A stretch of DNA of 64,000 bases from Dictyostelium discoideum (GCA_000004695.1 CM000153.2:1888001-1952000), one strand, 5' to 3'; shown: positions 26,745 to 40,764, numbered from the stretch's first letter. The notes: generated by a model not told the origin, from the sequence alone. Numbers and translations: made by a program.

Positions 26745-27705
26745 TTACTTGTGTAATTCTTTTATGAAATGAATAATCATCTTCAAAATCTGAATTAATT
26801 TTAATTGAATTTAAAAAATTTTCCATAAAATTAAAAGGAGTTTGAATTAATTCAATTCTTTCATCAGGACGACCTTTACGTCCAAGGAAAAGTATTAAAT
26901 TTTCACAAGCACCCATTCTAAATGGTACATCTAAAATAAGTTGACAAAAGATTTGATCCAATTTATGGTCAAAGATAACTTTTGATGGTACCCATTCAAT
27001 ATATGATCTTAAAGTTGTTAAAAGTACATTAATGAGATGAATGACTTGTTTAGTTTGTTGTGGTGTTGTGGTTGTTGCTGGTGTTGGTTGTTTGTATTGT
27101 GTATATTTTGATTCTAACAATTGATAGAAATATTCAAATAATGAAGTTACCGCTAAATTAATACCAGCCATTAAATCTTTTCTACGTTGATCAGAGAGTA
27201 CTTGTGATGTTGAGCCAGTGTCAAAGATGATATCGTGTGGTAGTAACCCAAATGTTGATAATACCAATTCGGTTTGTGTGTCTGATATCTTTGAGATTTC
27301 AATCAATGATGTCAATAGATTCATCCAACGTTGTGGCCAATCTCTTTTAATAACATCCACTAAAATGGTCACTAATTTCTCCTTTATGAATTTTGGTTCA
27401 TTCGATGTGATTCTTCTCATCAATTCTAATATCTCCTTCTTTATTAATTCTCTCTCTTGATCGTTACATTCATACCATCTATTCTTTACCAAGGTCTCTA
27501 TAATATGTAAAGCAAAATGTTTCAATATATCATTGTTTGATGTGGTAATGATTGCAATTGCATAAGAATGTGCATTTGCTCTGGTTTTGATCTCTTCTAA
27601 AAATACTTGTGATTCTTCTCTTTGTTTATTATTTGATTTTGGGTCATGTAATAATGATAATGCTTGTTCAATTTGATTAACTACTAAAATTATATCATTA
27701 TTCAT
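24156..27705 (-). CDS. xpo5: exportin-5 homolog (2 exons, 1135 aa)
   Basis: Exons 27705..26749 (donor CAA|GTAAGT) and 26606..24156. The importin-N/XPO5 N-terminus (RWYECNDQERELIKKEI, VIKRDWPQRWMNLL, TQTELVL, RRKDL) lines up with human XPO5 (KREWPQHW, TQTELV). The C-terminus KLLQDVIGIPLNKLKK matches the XPO5 tail. Confidence 0.8.
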
Positions 27706-27858
27706 TGTTTTTACAAAAAATATAAATATATATATATGTATATATGTTTAAAAAAAAAAAAAAAAGTTTATTTAATTATTTTTTCTATGTTTAAAAAATT
27801 ATTATTAATACACTCGGGTGCGCGCTTTTTATGAAATGAATTTGAAAAAATGAATTTG

Positions 27859-27899
<41 letters not shown>

Positions 27900-28861
27900 T
27901 TTTTCTATGAATTAATCTTTTTATTGAGAAACTAAACATTTTTGAAAATTTTTATTTATTTTTCTTTTTTTAGTTTTCTTTCATGATTGTCTTAAATTTT
28001 TTTCTTGAACTTACATATCCCTAAAAAATAATTTAAATATAAAAATAAAAAATTTATATATAAATATATATATATATATATATTATATATAAATAATTTG
28101 AATAAAAATATATATATAATATATTTAATATTATATTTATTTAAAAAATAAAATAAAAAAGACAAAACAAGAAACAATCTAATTTTCCTTGAAAATTTTT
28201 TATTGATTTTTTTAATTCTTTTTATTATTTTTTTTTTTTATTTTTTTTTTTTTATTTTTTTTAATTAATTTTTTTTTTTTTTTTTTTTTTTATTAAAAAT
28301 TCGCTCACACATTTTCAAAATTTTATTTATTATTTTTTTTTGTTTTTTTTTTTTTTTTTTTGGGGGGGATATAAGATTAATGAAAGCAAAAAATTTTTAA
28401 TAATAAGAAAAAGAATAATAATAATAATAATAAAATATAATAATATTGATCATTAATTTGTTTGATTTTATATTAAATAAAAAAATTTTAAAAAAATAAA
28501 ATAATAGTATTTATTAAAAAAAAAAAATAATCATAATAATAATAGTAATAATAACATAAACCAAATTTATTAAATTTTTTTATATTTACCTAAAAAAAAA
28601 TATTAAAAAAAAAAATAAATAAAAAAATAAATAAATAAATAAATAAATAAATAAAAAAAATAATAGTAATAATAATTATTTTAAAAAAAAAAAAACAAGT
28701 AAATAAAAATTAATAAAAAAAAAAACAAGTAAATAAAAATTAATAAAATAATTAAAAAAAAAAAATAAAAATAAAAATAAAAAAAAAAGGGGATAAAAAA
28801 ATTTTAAAAGATTAAAATAAAAAAAAATAAAAAAAAATTATAGAAAAATAATAATAAAACC

Positions 28862-31800
28862 ATGAGAAATGAGCAATTAGAACAAAAAAAACTAATTAAA
28901 GAGAATTGGTCACAAGAATTGGTTTCAGGTGAGGTAGTTAATATTATATCAGCTCGTTGGTTAAAACTTTGGAAAAATTATGTAAAATATGATGACAATA
29001 CCACATTAAACAGTTCAAATACAACACCACTAAATTGTTCAACTACCACTAGTACCACTACAACTACTACTACAACTACCACTGCGACAACTAACAATAA
29101 ATCAGTTGAAGATAATAATAATAGTAGTGCCAATAATAATAATAATAATAGTATTCAATTTGATTCAGCAAAACCAGAATCAATAGATAATAGAGAGATT
29201 ATAGAAGGTAATGATTCAGAGGGTGAACCAATTGTTTCAAAGAGGGTGACAGAGAAAGAGGATTATGAAATTATACCAAATAGAGTTTGGAAACTTTTAG
29301 TATCATGGTATCAAGGTGGACCAGAGATAAAGAGAAAAGTGGTTGAATTGGGTGTAAGAAATGAATTGTATGTTGAAGTTAGACCACTTCTAGTTGGTGT
29401 AAAATATCATCAATCTCTAATCAGTGAATTATCAAAACTACCACCATCATCAACCTCAAACAATTCCACAAAAGAGTTTTTATTTCAAAAAAGTTTAAAA
29501 TCATCTCTAAGTGAATTAAGAGAATATATTGGTAAAGTTGAAAACATTGATCCAATGAAATTAGTTTTTTACAATAATAACAACAGTAATAGTGGTTCAA
29601 TAAAAATCAAACCAATTAAAAGAGATTATTTAACATTAGAAGATTTAAAATTTGAAAATTCAAGTCAACTAATTTTACATTTTCAACCAAATAATAATTG
29701 TCATAGTAGTAGTAATTCTTCATCATCAGCGTCGTCATCAGATCAATCTTCTTCACATCATAATCCAAAATTAATGAATAAAATTAGTAAAAAGATTGGT
29801 AATATTTTTAAAAAGAAAACACATCCTGGTAGATCTTATTCAGATCCATCTTATTATCAAAATAATGGAAGTAGTAACAACAATAATAGTAATGGTAATG
29901 GTGGTAATAATGGTAATCAAAGTGGTGGAGCAAGTACAACTAATGGTGGTATGAATATAAGAGATAATAGTTCAACTAGTAGTACAAGTAGTTCAAATTC
30001 AAATGAAAATTCACCAACTTTTGAACAAAATGGATCAACTAAAGAGTTGATTAGTAATGGTAAGGTTTGTGGTTTATCAAACCTTGGTAACACTTGTTTT
30101 ATGAATTCATCAATTCAATGTTTAGCTCATACAGGACCATTGGTTGAATATTTTCTTAGTGGTCGTTATTTAGGTGATATTAATAAAACTAATCCGTTGG
30201 GTATGAAAGGTCAAATCGCAGATATCTATGGTAAACTAATGAAAGATATGTGGAGTGGTTCAAGTTGTGTAGCACCAAAACATTTGAAATGGATCATTGG
30301 AAAGTATGCACCACAATTTAGTGGAATCTCTCAACAAGACAGTCAAGAACTACTCTCGTTCCTTTTGGATGGTTTACACGAGGATTTGAATAAAGTAATA
30401 AAGAAACCCTATCAAGAGGAGAAAGATGAACCAAAGGAACCACGTGAAGACATTGTTGTCGCCAATGAACAGTGGGATAATCATATTAAACGTAATCAAT
30501 CGATCATTGTCAATCTCTTTCAAGGTCAATATAAATCAACATTGGTTTGTGCAAAATGTTCAAAAGTTAGTATCACCTTTGACCCCTATATGTTTGTCAC
30601 TCTACCCATACCTGTACCAACCGAGAGACTATTCGATGTGTTACTCTTTCGTAGGAAGCCACAAATGGGTTCAGAAGCATTGGGTCCTGACCCAAATGGT
30701 ATCTACTGTCTAAACAATGCAATGTCACCAATTAAATATTGTCTAAAGCTACCAAAACGTGAAGATGTAGAAACTTTACGTGTTGAACTTTCAAAGATCG
30801 TTGGAATTGAATCATCTTGTATTGCATTGGCTGAAACTTTCAAAAATAGAATCTACACCTTTTTAAATGATCAAAAGAATCTCATCTCCATCAAAGATAA
30901 AGATGTTACAATAGCCTATGAATTACCACATGCTGGTGATGATATCTCAAGAATTCATGTTATGCATAGAAAAAAGAATGATCTGACCCTACTTCCTTAT
31001 GTATTATTATTAAATTATTCTGAAACAACTTGTAAAGATTTATATAGGATGGTTTGGGAACGTGTTGGTCATAGAGTTAAAAAAGGTTGGAAATCTGCAT
31101 TAAAACAAAAACTTTCAAAAGAAAATATTCAATTACCAAATAATAATAGTAATGAAGAAAATGAAAATATAAATAATACTAATAATAATAATACAAATAA
31201 TAATACAAATAATAATACAAATAATCAACAACAACAACAACAAGATATTTTATCAAATTTTGAAAAAGATAGTCATATTAGTACAAATGATGAAATGTTT
31301 GAAGAAGATGATACATCATCAGTTACAGATGATGAAATGTTTGAATCAATTTATCCATTTATATTGAAAACAACCAATGGTTATGGAAATCATTGTGATC
31401 GTTGTCCAAATGGATGTACTGGTTGTCCAGTGGAATGTAATGATAAACCTTTACATTCACTCTATAAGAATCCAAAATATTGGCGTGAAGGTTGTAATAA
31501 TCTAACCATCGATTGGAGACCAGAGATTTTAAAGTATATCGATTTCACAGAACATGACGATCCAAATTCACCATTCACCGTTCAAGATAAGAGTATTCAA
31601 TTGAAAACCGAATTTAGAAATGAAATCACCTTGAATGATTGTTTACAACTTTATACAAAGAGTGAAAAACTCGGAACAAACGATACTTGGTATTGTCCTC
31701 AATGTAAAGCTCATATAGAAGGTTCAATGAAGAAATTGGAATTATGGAGTGCTCCAAAGATTTTAGTGGTACATTTGAAACGTTTCCATTATGTTCATGG

Positions 31801-32131
31801 CCATCGTCATGAGAAAATTAATGCTTTTGTCGATTTCCCGTTGGATAATCTTGACATTTCACAATGGGTACTCAATAAATCAAATCCTCCTCCGATCTAT
31901 CAATTGTATGCTGTCTCCAATCATATGGGTGGTATGGGTTCTGGTCACTATACCTCTTGTATTAAAAATAACAAAGATCAATGGTATTTAATTAGTGATT
32001 CCTCTTATCATGCTATCGATAAATCAAAAGTTAAAACTTCTGATGCCTATGTATTATTTTATGAATTAAAACAACAACCACCACAACAACCACAATCATC
32101 CCAAAATGCTTCAATACATCCAATAAATTAA
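28862..32131 (+). CDS. ubiquitin carboxyl-terminal hydrolase with DUSP, UBL and USP domains (USP4/11/15-like; single exon, 1089 aa)
   Basis: The N-terminal DUSP domain reads SARWLKLWKNYV..VWKLLVSWYQGGPEI. The Cys box is GLSNLGNTCFMNSSIQCLAHT, followed by QQDSQELLSFLLDGLHEDLN, and the His box is GHYTSCIKNNKDQWYLISDSSYHAI..AYVLFYEL. Confidence 0.85.
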   Translation: MRNEQLEQKKLIKENWSQELVSGEVVNIISARWLKLWKNYVKYDDNTTLNSSNTTPLNCSTTTSTTTTTTTTTTATTNNKSVEDNNNSSANNNNNNSIQFDSAKPESIDNREIIEGNDSEGEPIVSKRVTEKEDYEIIPNRVWKLLVSWYQGGPEIKRKVVELGVRNELYVEVRPLLVGVKYHQSLISELSKLPPSSTSNNSTKEFLFQKSLKSSLSELREYIGKVENIDPMKLVFYNNNNSNSGSIKIKPIKRDYLTLEDLKFENSSQLILHFQPNNNCHSSSNSSSSASSSDQSSSHHNPKLMNKISKKIGNIFKKKTHPGRSYSDPSYYQNNGSSNNNNSNGNGGNNGNQSGGASTTNGGMNIRDNSSTSSTSSSNSNENSPTFEQNGSTKELISNGKVCGLSNLGNTCFMNSSIQCLAHTGPLVEYFLSGRYLGDINKTNPLGMKGQIADIYGKLMKDMWSGSSCVAPKHLKWIIGKYAPQFSGISQQDSQELLSFLLDGLHEDLNKVIKKPYQEEKDEPKEPREDIVVANEQWDNHIKRNQSIIVNLFQGQYKSTLVCAKCSKVSITFDPYMFVTLPIPVPTERLFDVLLFRRKPQMGSEALGPDPNGIYCLNNAMSPIKYCLKLPKREDVETLRVELSKIVGIESSCIALAETFKNRIYTFLNDQKNLISIKDKDVTIAYELPHAGDDISRIHVMHRKKNDLTLLPYVLLLNYSETTCKDLYRMVWERVGHRVKKGWKSALKQKLSKENIQLPNNNSNEENENINNTNNNNTNNNTNNNTNNQQQQQQDILSNFEKDSHISTNDEMFEEDDTSSVTDDEMFESIYPFILKTTNGYGNHCDRCPNGCTGCPVECNDKPLHSLYKNPKYWREGCNNLTIDWRPEILKYIDFTEHDDPNSPFTVQDKSIQLKTEFRNEITLNDCLQLYTKSEKLGTNDTWYCPQCKAHIEGSMKKLELWSAPKILVVHLKRFHYVHGHRHEKINAFVDFPLDNLDISQWVLNKSNPPPIYQLYAVSNHMGGMGSGHYTSCIKNNKDQWYLISDSSYHAIDKSKVKTSDAYVLFYELKQQPPQQPQSSQNASIHPIN

Positions 32132-32523
32132 ATTTTTTTTTTCTTACTTCTTTTATTTTTTTAAAACAAAAAAAAAAAAAAATTAATAAAAATATATTTT
32201 TTTATCCGTTGGTATATTTTAATTGTAATTTTAATCAAAAAATAATTTATTATTTATTTGTATTTTCTAATATTAATCTAATGATAAAAGATTTTAAAAA
32301 AAAAAAAAAAAAAAATTTTGATTAGATAAATTATTTTATTTTTAGTTTTTATTTTTGGTTTTATTAAAAAGATGTTCCAAAATTAGTAATGGGTAACAAA
32401 AACTATTTTTAATTTTTAATTTAAGAAAAAATAAAAAAAGTTAACAAATAATTATTTTTAATTTTTTTTTTATTTTTTAAAATTTTTTTTTTTTAAATTT
32501 TTTTTTTTTTTTTTTCGTGATTC

Positions 32524-32555
<32 letters not shown>

Positions 32556-32699
32556 GAAAGGCTTTCGTTTTTTCATCCAAATCTTTTTTTTTTTTATTTT
32601 TTTATTTTATTTTTATTATTATTTTTATTTTTTTTTTTTTCATTCATCCTTCAATATAATAAATATATAACTTTGTATATATAAATAAAATAAAATAAA

Positions 32700-35303
32700 A
32701 TGGGTAAAATCAAGAAATCAACTAAAAAGGTAGATATTCAAGCCTTAAAGAAACAAAGAAGATTCCAAAAAAAAGTAGTTAAAGGAAGACAAGTTTCTGA
32801 AAAGTCTATGGGTAATTTTAATATTTATTTATAAATATCTTTATTTTTTATTTTTTATTTTTTTTTTTAAATTATTAATTTTTTTATTTTTTTTTCTTAA
32901 AAAATATAGCCAATTATAGAGAAGTTGAAAGTGAAGAAGAGGAAGAATTACAATTAGAAGAAAAACAACCAATCCGTAACACAAAAATCGTATCAAATGA
33001 ACAAGAGGATGACGATGATGATGATGAGGGTGAAGAAGATGATGATGAAGAAGAAGAAGAAGAAGAGGATGAAGAAGTTGAAGTTGAATTAGATTCTAAA
33101 GATAAAGAATTGGCCAATAAAAAAGATAAAAAAGAAGTTGGTAAAGACTCTGAAAAAACCAAATCCTTAAAAGAACAAATTACACAACATAAAAAAGATT
33201 TAGATGAATTAAAGAAAAAAGATCCAAAATTATTTGAGTTTCTTGGTGAAAATGATAAAGAATTATTAAGTTTCAATACAGAAATGGATGATGATGATGA
33301 TGAAGAAAGTGATGACGATGATGACGCTGAAGATGCTGAAGGTGAAGGAGAGGGTGAAAAAGAAAAGAATCAAAAAGAAGTTTTAACATCAGCACTTTTA
33401 GATTCATGGATTTCAGAAGCAAATAAAAATACAACAGTTCAAAATGTTAAGAAATTAGTAGTTGCATTTAGATGTGCATCACATGCAGGTAGTGATTTGA
33501 AAGAGGTTGACAAAGTACCATATAAAATTGTAAATACTGCTGTATTCAATAGAACCCTTTTAATCTGTCTTGAAAATATGCCAAAATTCTTTGATAAATT
33601 ACTCGATTACGATAGTGTTAAAAACTCTGATCAAGAGATTACAGATGCAAATAATAAAACTGAATTACCAAGTTCATCTAAAAAATGGAATCTCGTTAAA
33701 TCTTGTGTCAGTTCTTATATTAGATCAATCATTCAACTCTTAACTCAAGTATCTGAATCAAATTTATTATTAATTATTCTTAAAGGTTTAGAAAAAGTTA
33801 TTTGTTATTCTTCATGTTTTACAAAATATTCAAAAATGTTATTGAAAGTAAGTAATCATTTATTTTTAATTTATTATTTAAACACATTTTATTAACATAT
33901 TATTTTTTAATTATTTTTTATTTTTTTAATTGTTTTTTATTTAGCATTTATTAAACAATTGGTCATCAGCAGAAGAAAGTGTTCGTATTATTGCATTCCT
34001 TTGTATTAGAAAACAAGCAATTTTATGTCCATTCCCATTTATTGATGGTTGTTTGAAAGGAATTTATTTGAATTTTGTTAGAAATAGTAAATTTGTTAGT
34101 ACAACATCATTACCATTAATTAATTTCATGTGTAATTGTGTTATTGAAATCTATGGTTTAGATTTCGCAAGTTCATATCGTAGTGCATTTGTTTATGTTC
34201 GTCAATTAGCAGTACATCTTAGAAATTCATTAAATACCAACACTAAAGAATCTTTCCAAAATATTTACAATTGGCAATTTATAAATAGTGTCCGTGCATG
34301 GGTTGAAGTTTTATCAGCATATCCAGGCCAAGAACAAATTTCACAATTGTTATACCCAATAACTCAAATTGTAATTGGTATGATTAATTTAATTCCATCA
34401 AGTAAATTCCTTCCATTACGTTTCCATTGTATTCGTTTCCTTAATCGTTTAGCTGAAACAAATGGTTCATTCATCAATTGTACACCTTATTTATTGGATG
34501 TTTTAGAATACTCTGAAATGAAACAAAAATCAGGTAAAAATGGTGGTGGTAGTGGTAGTGGTGGTGGTGCCGCTGCCTCTGATAAAGGTTCAGTAAGTGC
34601 ATCAAATTCAAAGAAGAGTAAATTAATTAATTTCTATACAACTCTTTCTGTCACTGGTCAACAATTAAATAGTAAAGAATTCCAAGATGGTATGTTATCT
34701 CAATTCACAGAGTTATTAGTTGAGAATTTAACATGTTTCAATTATCATATTGGTTTCCCTGAATTAACTACCCCAGTAATTCTCCATTTGAAAAAAGCAC
34801 TTAAAAGTAAACAATATAGACCAAAGGTTTTATCAGATATTCAAGAGATTTTAGAAGCAATTGAAAAAACTTCAAAATTAGTTAAACAACAAAGAGATCA
34901 AGTTTCTTTCTCTCCAAAAGAAACTAAACAAATTCAAGCTTTCTCTGATGCTCTCAAAGAGAAATACAAAATCACTCCATTAAAACAATTATTATTAACA
35001 CTTAAAAAGAAAAGTAAACAACTTCAACAAACTCTTATTGAATCAACTAAAACTTATAATTATGAAGATGATGATGAAGATGATGAAGATGATGAAGATG
35101 ATGAAGAAAATTATGATGATGATGAAGAAGAAGATGATGAAGATGAAGAAGACTTATACCATGAAGATGAAGAACAAGAAAAACAACCAACTAAAAAATC
35201 AAAAACAATTACTAAATTACCAAAGAAACCAAAATTCAAAGTTGAACGTGAAGGTAATGATGATGATATGGTTGAAGATTTAGTTTTATCAGATGATGAA
35301 TAA
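32700..35303 (+). CDS. NOC2L / Noc2p-family nucleolar complex protein 2 homolog (3 exons, 802 aa)
   Basis: Exons 32700..32811 (donor g|GTAATT), 32910..33847 (donor AAA|GTAAGT) and 33945..35303. The sequence is collinear with human NOC2L: KDPKLFEFLGENDKELLSFN, AFVYVRQLAVHLRNSL, YNWQFINSVRAWVEVLS and the acidic C-terminus ending LVLSDDE. Track ORFs 33110.. and 34053.. begin at TTG. Confidence 0.8.
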
Positions 35304-35333
35304 GAAAAGAAAGAAAGAAAGAAGAATCGTTAT

Positions 35334-35364
<31 letters not shown>

Positions 35365-35543
35365 ATAATAATAATAATTTTAAAATATCTCTTTTGTCTT
35401 TTTTTTTTAAATAATTTATATATTTATTACAATAATTTGATTATTCTATTTTATTTTATTTTATTTTTATTTTTTTCTTTGTTTATTATTTTATTTTGAA
35501 TATTTTAGATATACCATATATTCTTTTTTTATTATTATTATTA

Positions 35544-36287
35544 TTATTTTTTAATCATTGTAGTTAATACAACTAAACCAACGAAAATAATACCTAAAAT
35601 TGCAATGATAGTCCATTGTAGTTTACTACTTGTTGATTCCATGAATCTATCTAATTTTCTCATTACACTACCTAAAGTTTCACTTGATCTTGCTGCACGA
35701 TCATGTAATGAATCTAAAAGACCTTCTTGTATTTTTAATTCAGAATGCATAGCTTTACCCATTTCACCTAAAATTTGAACATCATCTTTCATTTGATCTA
35801 AACCCTCATCTTGTCGATTCATAAGTTCTCTTTGATAGCCTGCTTGTTCACGAAGGAAGTCTCTATTATCTTCATCGTGTGCTCTTCTAAGACCTTCAAA
35901 TTTACCACCCCTCTCAATCATATTTCTCTTCTCTGATGAGAGGAGTTCGTTCTGTTTATCTTCTTCAATCTTTGCTAATGCTCTTGGACTTTGTAAATCC
36001 TCTTTAATTTCATTTATCTTTATTTTTACATCATTTGCAAATAACTTTCTTCTATCCAATTCACCTGGTGCTAAAACATATCTACCTGGGAACTTTTCAA
36101 TGGTTCCAATTGCTTCTAAAATATCACCTATATCCTCCTCTATAACTGCTAAAACTTTTCTTATCTCTTTATTATACCATTTAAATTCTTTATTTGTATA
36201 TGTATTTGTATTAAATAATAGTTGTTTCCATTTTTCATGTGTTGTCATTATACCTCTAACTGAAGATGCTATATCTCTAATATATAC

Positions 36288-36322
<35 letters not shown>

Positions 36323-36484
36323 TTTTTTTATTTTGTTTTACAAATATTTTGATTTTATATAAGTAAATATGTATACATATTAATATATAAATAATATATA
36401 TAATATATATTTTTTTTTTTAAATATAATAAAAAGATAGTTACTGTTCTGCTAAATAATATGGATCTTGGTCTGGTGATGCCAT
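35544..36484 (-). CDS. syntaxin-6-like Qc-SNARE (2 exons, 257 aa)
   Basis: Exons 36484..36444 (MASPDQDPYYLAEQ, donor ca|GTAACT) and 36276..35544. It has a Syntaxin-6-like N-terminus, a SNARE heptad region (REQAGYQRELMNRQDEGLDQMKDDVQILGEMGKAMHSELKIQEGLLDSL) and a C-terminal TM helix (WTIIAILGIIFVGLVVLTTMI). Confidence 0.7.
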
Positions 36485-36938
36485 TTTTTATATGTATATA
36501 TATGTATTGTATTTAATGATATATTATCGTATGAATACGATATTATTTATTTATATTTGATAATAAATTTTTTTTTTTAATATTTTTATTTTTTGATACT
36601 AACGAATTTTTTTTTTTTTTTTTTTTATGTTTTTTTTTTTTTTTTTTTTTTATTTTCAACCCAGACTTGTTTTTTTTATGTGGCACAATTCCCATATTTA
36701 AAAAAAAAAAAAAATAAAATAAAAAAAAATAAAAATTATTTATAAACCAAAAAATTAATATAAAAAAATAAATATATAAATAATAATAAATAAAGGAAGA
36801 ATTTATAAATTAAAAATTATAATAAAATAAATAAAAAAAGTATAATAAAATAAATGAAAAAATTTTAATAAATATTCAAATAAAAATTATTAAAAATATA
36901 AATAAATTGTAATAATTATGAATTGGTTTAATTTTTAA

Positions 36939-36971
<33 letters not shown>

Positions 36972-37904
36972 AATCACATTATTTTATACAATTTAATTAA
37001 TTTCGTTATTATTTTATTATAACAATATTATTTTATTTTTATTTTATTTTTTCTTCCCTTAAATTAGACAAATCAGGCTTTTTTTATTTTTTTATTTTTT
37101 TATTTTTTTTTTTTTTTTTTAAGATTTAAATCTTTTTTTATATAGGTAATATCGAAATCAAAATTAATGGATACTTAATTTTTTGAGCCAAAAATTATTC
37201 ATTTTTAAAAGTACACAAATGATTGATTATCAAAAAAAAAAAAAAAAAAAAAAAAAGAGATTTTTTAATCACATTATTTGTTATTTTTATTTATTTTAAA
37301 TTTTAATTCTTTTTATTAAAAGACAGTTACTTTTTTTTGAAATTTTGAGATCTAATAATTTGTGATTAAATTAATTAATTTATAAAATGGAAACTTAAAA
37401 AAATTTAAAAATAATAAAAGTTTTAATTTTTTTTTTTTAAACAAGATTGATTGAGATCGAAGTTAAAAAATATAAATTCAAATAAAAAAAAAAATTATAA
37501 AATGAAAAAAAAGTTAACTTTGTTTTTCCACGTTTTTTGTTTATTTATTGTTTTTAATTTTTTTTTTTTTTTTATTATTACTGATTTTTTTTTTTTTTTT
37601 TTTTTTTGGGGGTATACAAATAAAATCACACCAAACCACAACAAAAAACACAAGTTGATTTTTGTGATAAAAAAAAAAAAAAAAAAAATAATAATAAATT
37701 AATAAAAAAGTACCCATAGGTAAGTGTAATGGGTAATTTTGTGTTCTAAAGTTGTCATTTCGTTTCGTTTTAGAGATAAATAGATAGAAACAACTTTTTT
37801 TTTTTTTTTTTTTTTTAATCAATTCTTTTTTCATAAAATTAATTTTTTTTATTTTTTTTATTTATTTATTTTTTTTTTTTTTATTTATTTTTTTTTGTTC
37901 CCAA

Positions 37905-37952
<48 letters not shown>

Positions 37953-38791
37953 TTATTTTTATTATTTTTTTTTTTTTTTTTTCCATTTATTTATTTGATT
38001 ATTTATTTATTTATTTAATTTATTTATTTATTTATTTAATAACTTTTTGTTAAATTATTTATTTCGTTACTATTACACCATCAATTCACCATCAATTCAT
38101 CACCTACACGCATATACCTAAAATTTACAAAGAAAAATAAAAAAAAGTAAATTATATATAACTAAAATTGGTTCGTGTGTATAAAAAAAAAAAATTACAA
38201 ATTTAATATATAAAAGGTGTCGGGATTAATAATCAAATTTGGACATATAAAATCTATTTTTATTTATTGTATTTTATAAATAATCAAAAAAAAAAATAAA
38301 ATTTTAATTTTTAAAAAAAAAAATAAAAAAAAAAAATAAAAAAAAAATAAAAATAAAATTTTTTTTTTTTTTTCATATTGTTTAAATTTTCATTTTGTAT
38401 CATAACAACCACACCTTAACACACACACCAATTGTAATTTTATTTAATAGTACTAGGAAATATTTATATACATTTTAGATCAATTGATTCTTCTTTTATA
38501 TAATATATATAAATATAAAAAAATAAATATAAAAATAAATAATAAAAAAAAAGAACAATCATTTTAATTTTTTTTTTTCCTCTCTAAATTTTATAAATTT
38601 TTTTTTTGTATCACTACTTTCACATTCATTTTAAAATATATATTTTATGTATATAGTAATAACAACAACAAAAATAATAGTATAAAAACACACAATACAC
38701 ACATTTTTTTTTTTTTTTTTTTTTTTCATCCTACAATATATATATATATGTACAATAATACAAAAACTCAAATATAAAAAAAAAAAAAAAA

Positions 38792-38997
38792 ATGATAACA
38801 CCTACTTCATTTGAACCAGTTGAATTATTATATTCAAAAAAAAAAGTAAATAGAACAAATTGGAAAAAAAATGTATTAAAATCAAATCCTGAAATTAACA
38901 ATTTATGGTAAGTTTTTTTTTTTTTTTTTTTTTTTTTATATGTTTTATTATTTTTTTTTTTTTTTTTTTAATATTCATATATTTATTTATTTTATAA

Positions 38998-39038
<41 letters not shown>

Positions 39039-40732
39039 GAAAGAATTTATCCAATAAATAGAGCAATTCAATTTGGTAAACAATTTCATCCAGGTAAAGC
39101 AGAAGTTAAACAAAAATTGGATAAAACAGCGATAATACAATTAATATTACAACATTTATCAACCAAAGGATTGAAACAAACCAAACAAACCTTGGAGAAG
39201 GAAGCAAGAACCACTACACCGATAGTAGAGGGATTAAATGAGAGTAGATTGGTTACATACATTAGAAATGCATTAAAGGATACAGATAGGATCTATGATT
39301 TATCGATGGAACATACAGAGTATAGTAAAGAGGAGAGACAATCAAAGATAACGGAACGAGAGGAACTACTATTTCAAATGGATTTATTGGAGGATGAAGA
39401 CGAAGATGACGGAGTCAACATATGGGATGAACCAACAGAGAATATCATCACAGAGAAAGTACACACCACAGAATACGATATAAATAAAAGCAAAGAGAAT
39501 AAAGATGATCAAGACGATGAAGTGGTTAAATTTGCATCATTGAATAAATTGGTGGAACATTTAACACACGACTCAAAGCATGATTTACAATTCTTAAAAA
39601 CCTTTTTAATGACCTATCAATCGTTTTGCACACCAGAGAAGTTGATGTCAAAACTCCAACAACGTTACAACTGTCCATCGGGTCATGACGAGATGGCCAC
39701 TAGAAACATCCAAATTAGGGTCATCAATGTGTTGAAAGGTTGGGTGGACAATTATTACTCGGATTTCGATGATAAATTAATTGCAATGTTACGTACATTC
39801 ATCGACCAAATTCAAATTAAATTCCCCGCACCTGCAAGTGCCGTCAATAAATCCCTAACAAAGATGGTGGAGAAACTCTCACCAGTGAACGATAGCAAAC
39901 ACATTTTCAATGAGAAAACACCCGAACCAATGGTACCAAAGAATATCTTCTCCAATAATCTCTCAATATATGATATCGATGAGGAGGAGATCGCAAGACA
40001 ATTGACTTTAATCGAATTTGAAATCTATAGAAACATTAAACCACCCGAACTCTTAAATCAATCTTGGAATAAAACAAAACTAAAATCACGTGCTCCAAAC
40101 GTTTTAAAGATGATCGATCGTTTCAACTCCGTTTCAATGTGGGTGGCCACAATGATCATTCAAACCACAAAAGTTAAAGCACGTGCTCGTATGATGACTC
40201 GTTTCATAAAGATCGCAGATCATTTGAAAAATTTAAATAATTACAATTCCCTTATGGCAATCATCGCTGGTCTTAACTTTTCCTCGGTTTATCGTCTAAA
40301 GTATACTCGTGAAGAGTTATCCGCTCAAACTATGCGTACCTATTCCGATTTAGAAAAGATTATGAACTCTGAAGGTTCCTTTAAAACCTACAGAACTCGT
40401 CTTCAAAATGTTCCTCCAATGTTACCTTATTTGGGTGTTCATCTAACCGATCTCACTTTTATCGATGAAAATCCAAATAATTTCGTCACTGACGTTGGTG
40501 GTAAACAGGTTAGTCTAATCAATTTCACAAAGAGAACCCTAGTTTTTAAAATCATCTCTTTGATTCAAGAAACTCAAGTCGTACCTTACAATCTTCAACC
40601 AGTTCATCAAATTCAAGAGTTTTTATTAAATATTAGAAGTGATCTCAAAGCTCATACTCTCGATCAATATCAACAAGAATTATATAGAGAATCACTTAAA
40701 AGAGAACCAAAGAAAGCTCAAAGATCTGATGT

Positions 40733-40739
<7 letters not shown>
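38792..40739 (+). CDS. Ras guanine-nucleotide exchange factor with a LisH motif (2 exons, 605 aa)
   Basis: Exons 38792..38907 (donor tg|GTAAGT) and 39038..40739. The LisH motif is AIIQLILQHLSTKGLKQTKQTLEKEA. The RasGEF N-terminal (REM) region (FASLNKLVEHLT) and the Cdc25-homology catalytic domain (IARQLTLIEFEIYRNIKPPELL..NFSSVYRLK..GVHLTDLTFIDENPN) follow. Confidence 0.75.

Positions 40740-40764
<25 letters not shown>

Noticed and set aside
30426-30713. Alternative-frame ORF nested in the USP gene, and similar nested ORFs at 1973..2278, 24709..24933, 25271..25468, 26011..26232, 27218..27460, 45054..46587 and 59025..59231
   Set aside because: Each overlaps a long, homology-supported CDS in another frame or strand. 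Their composition is not coding-like.
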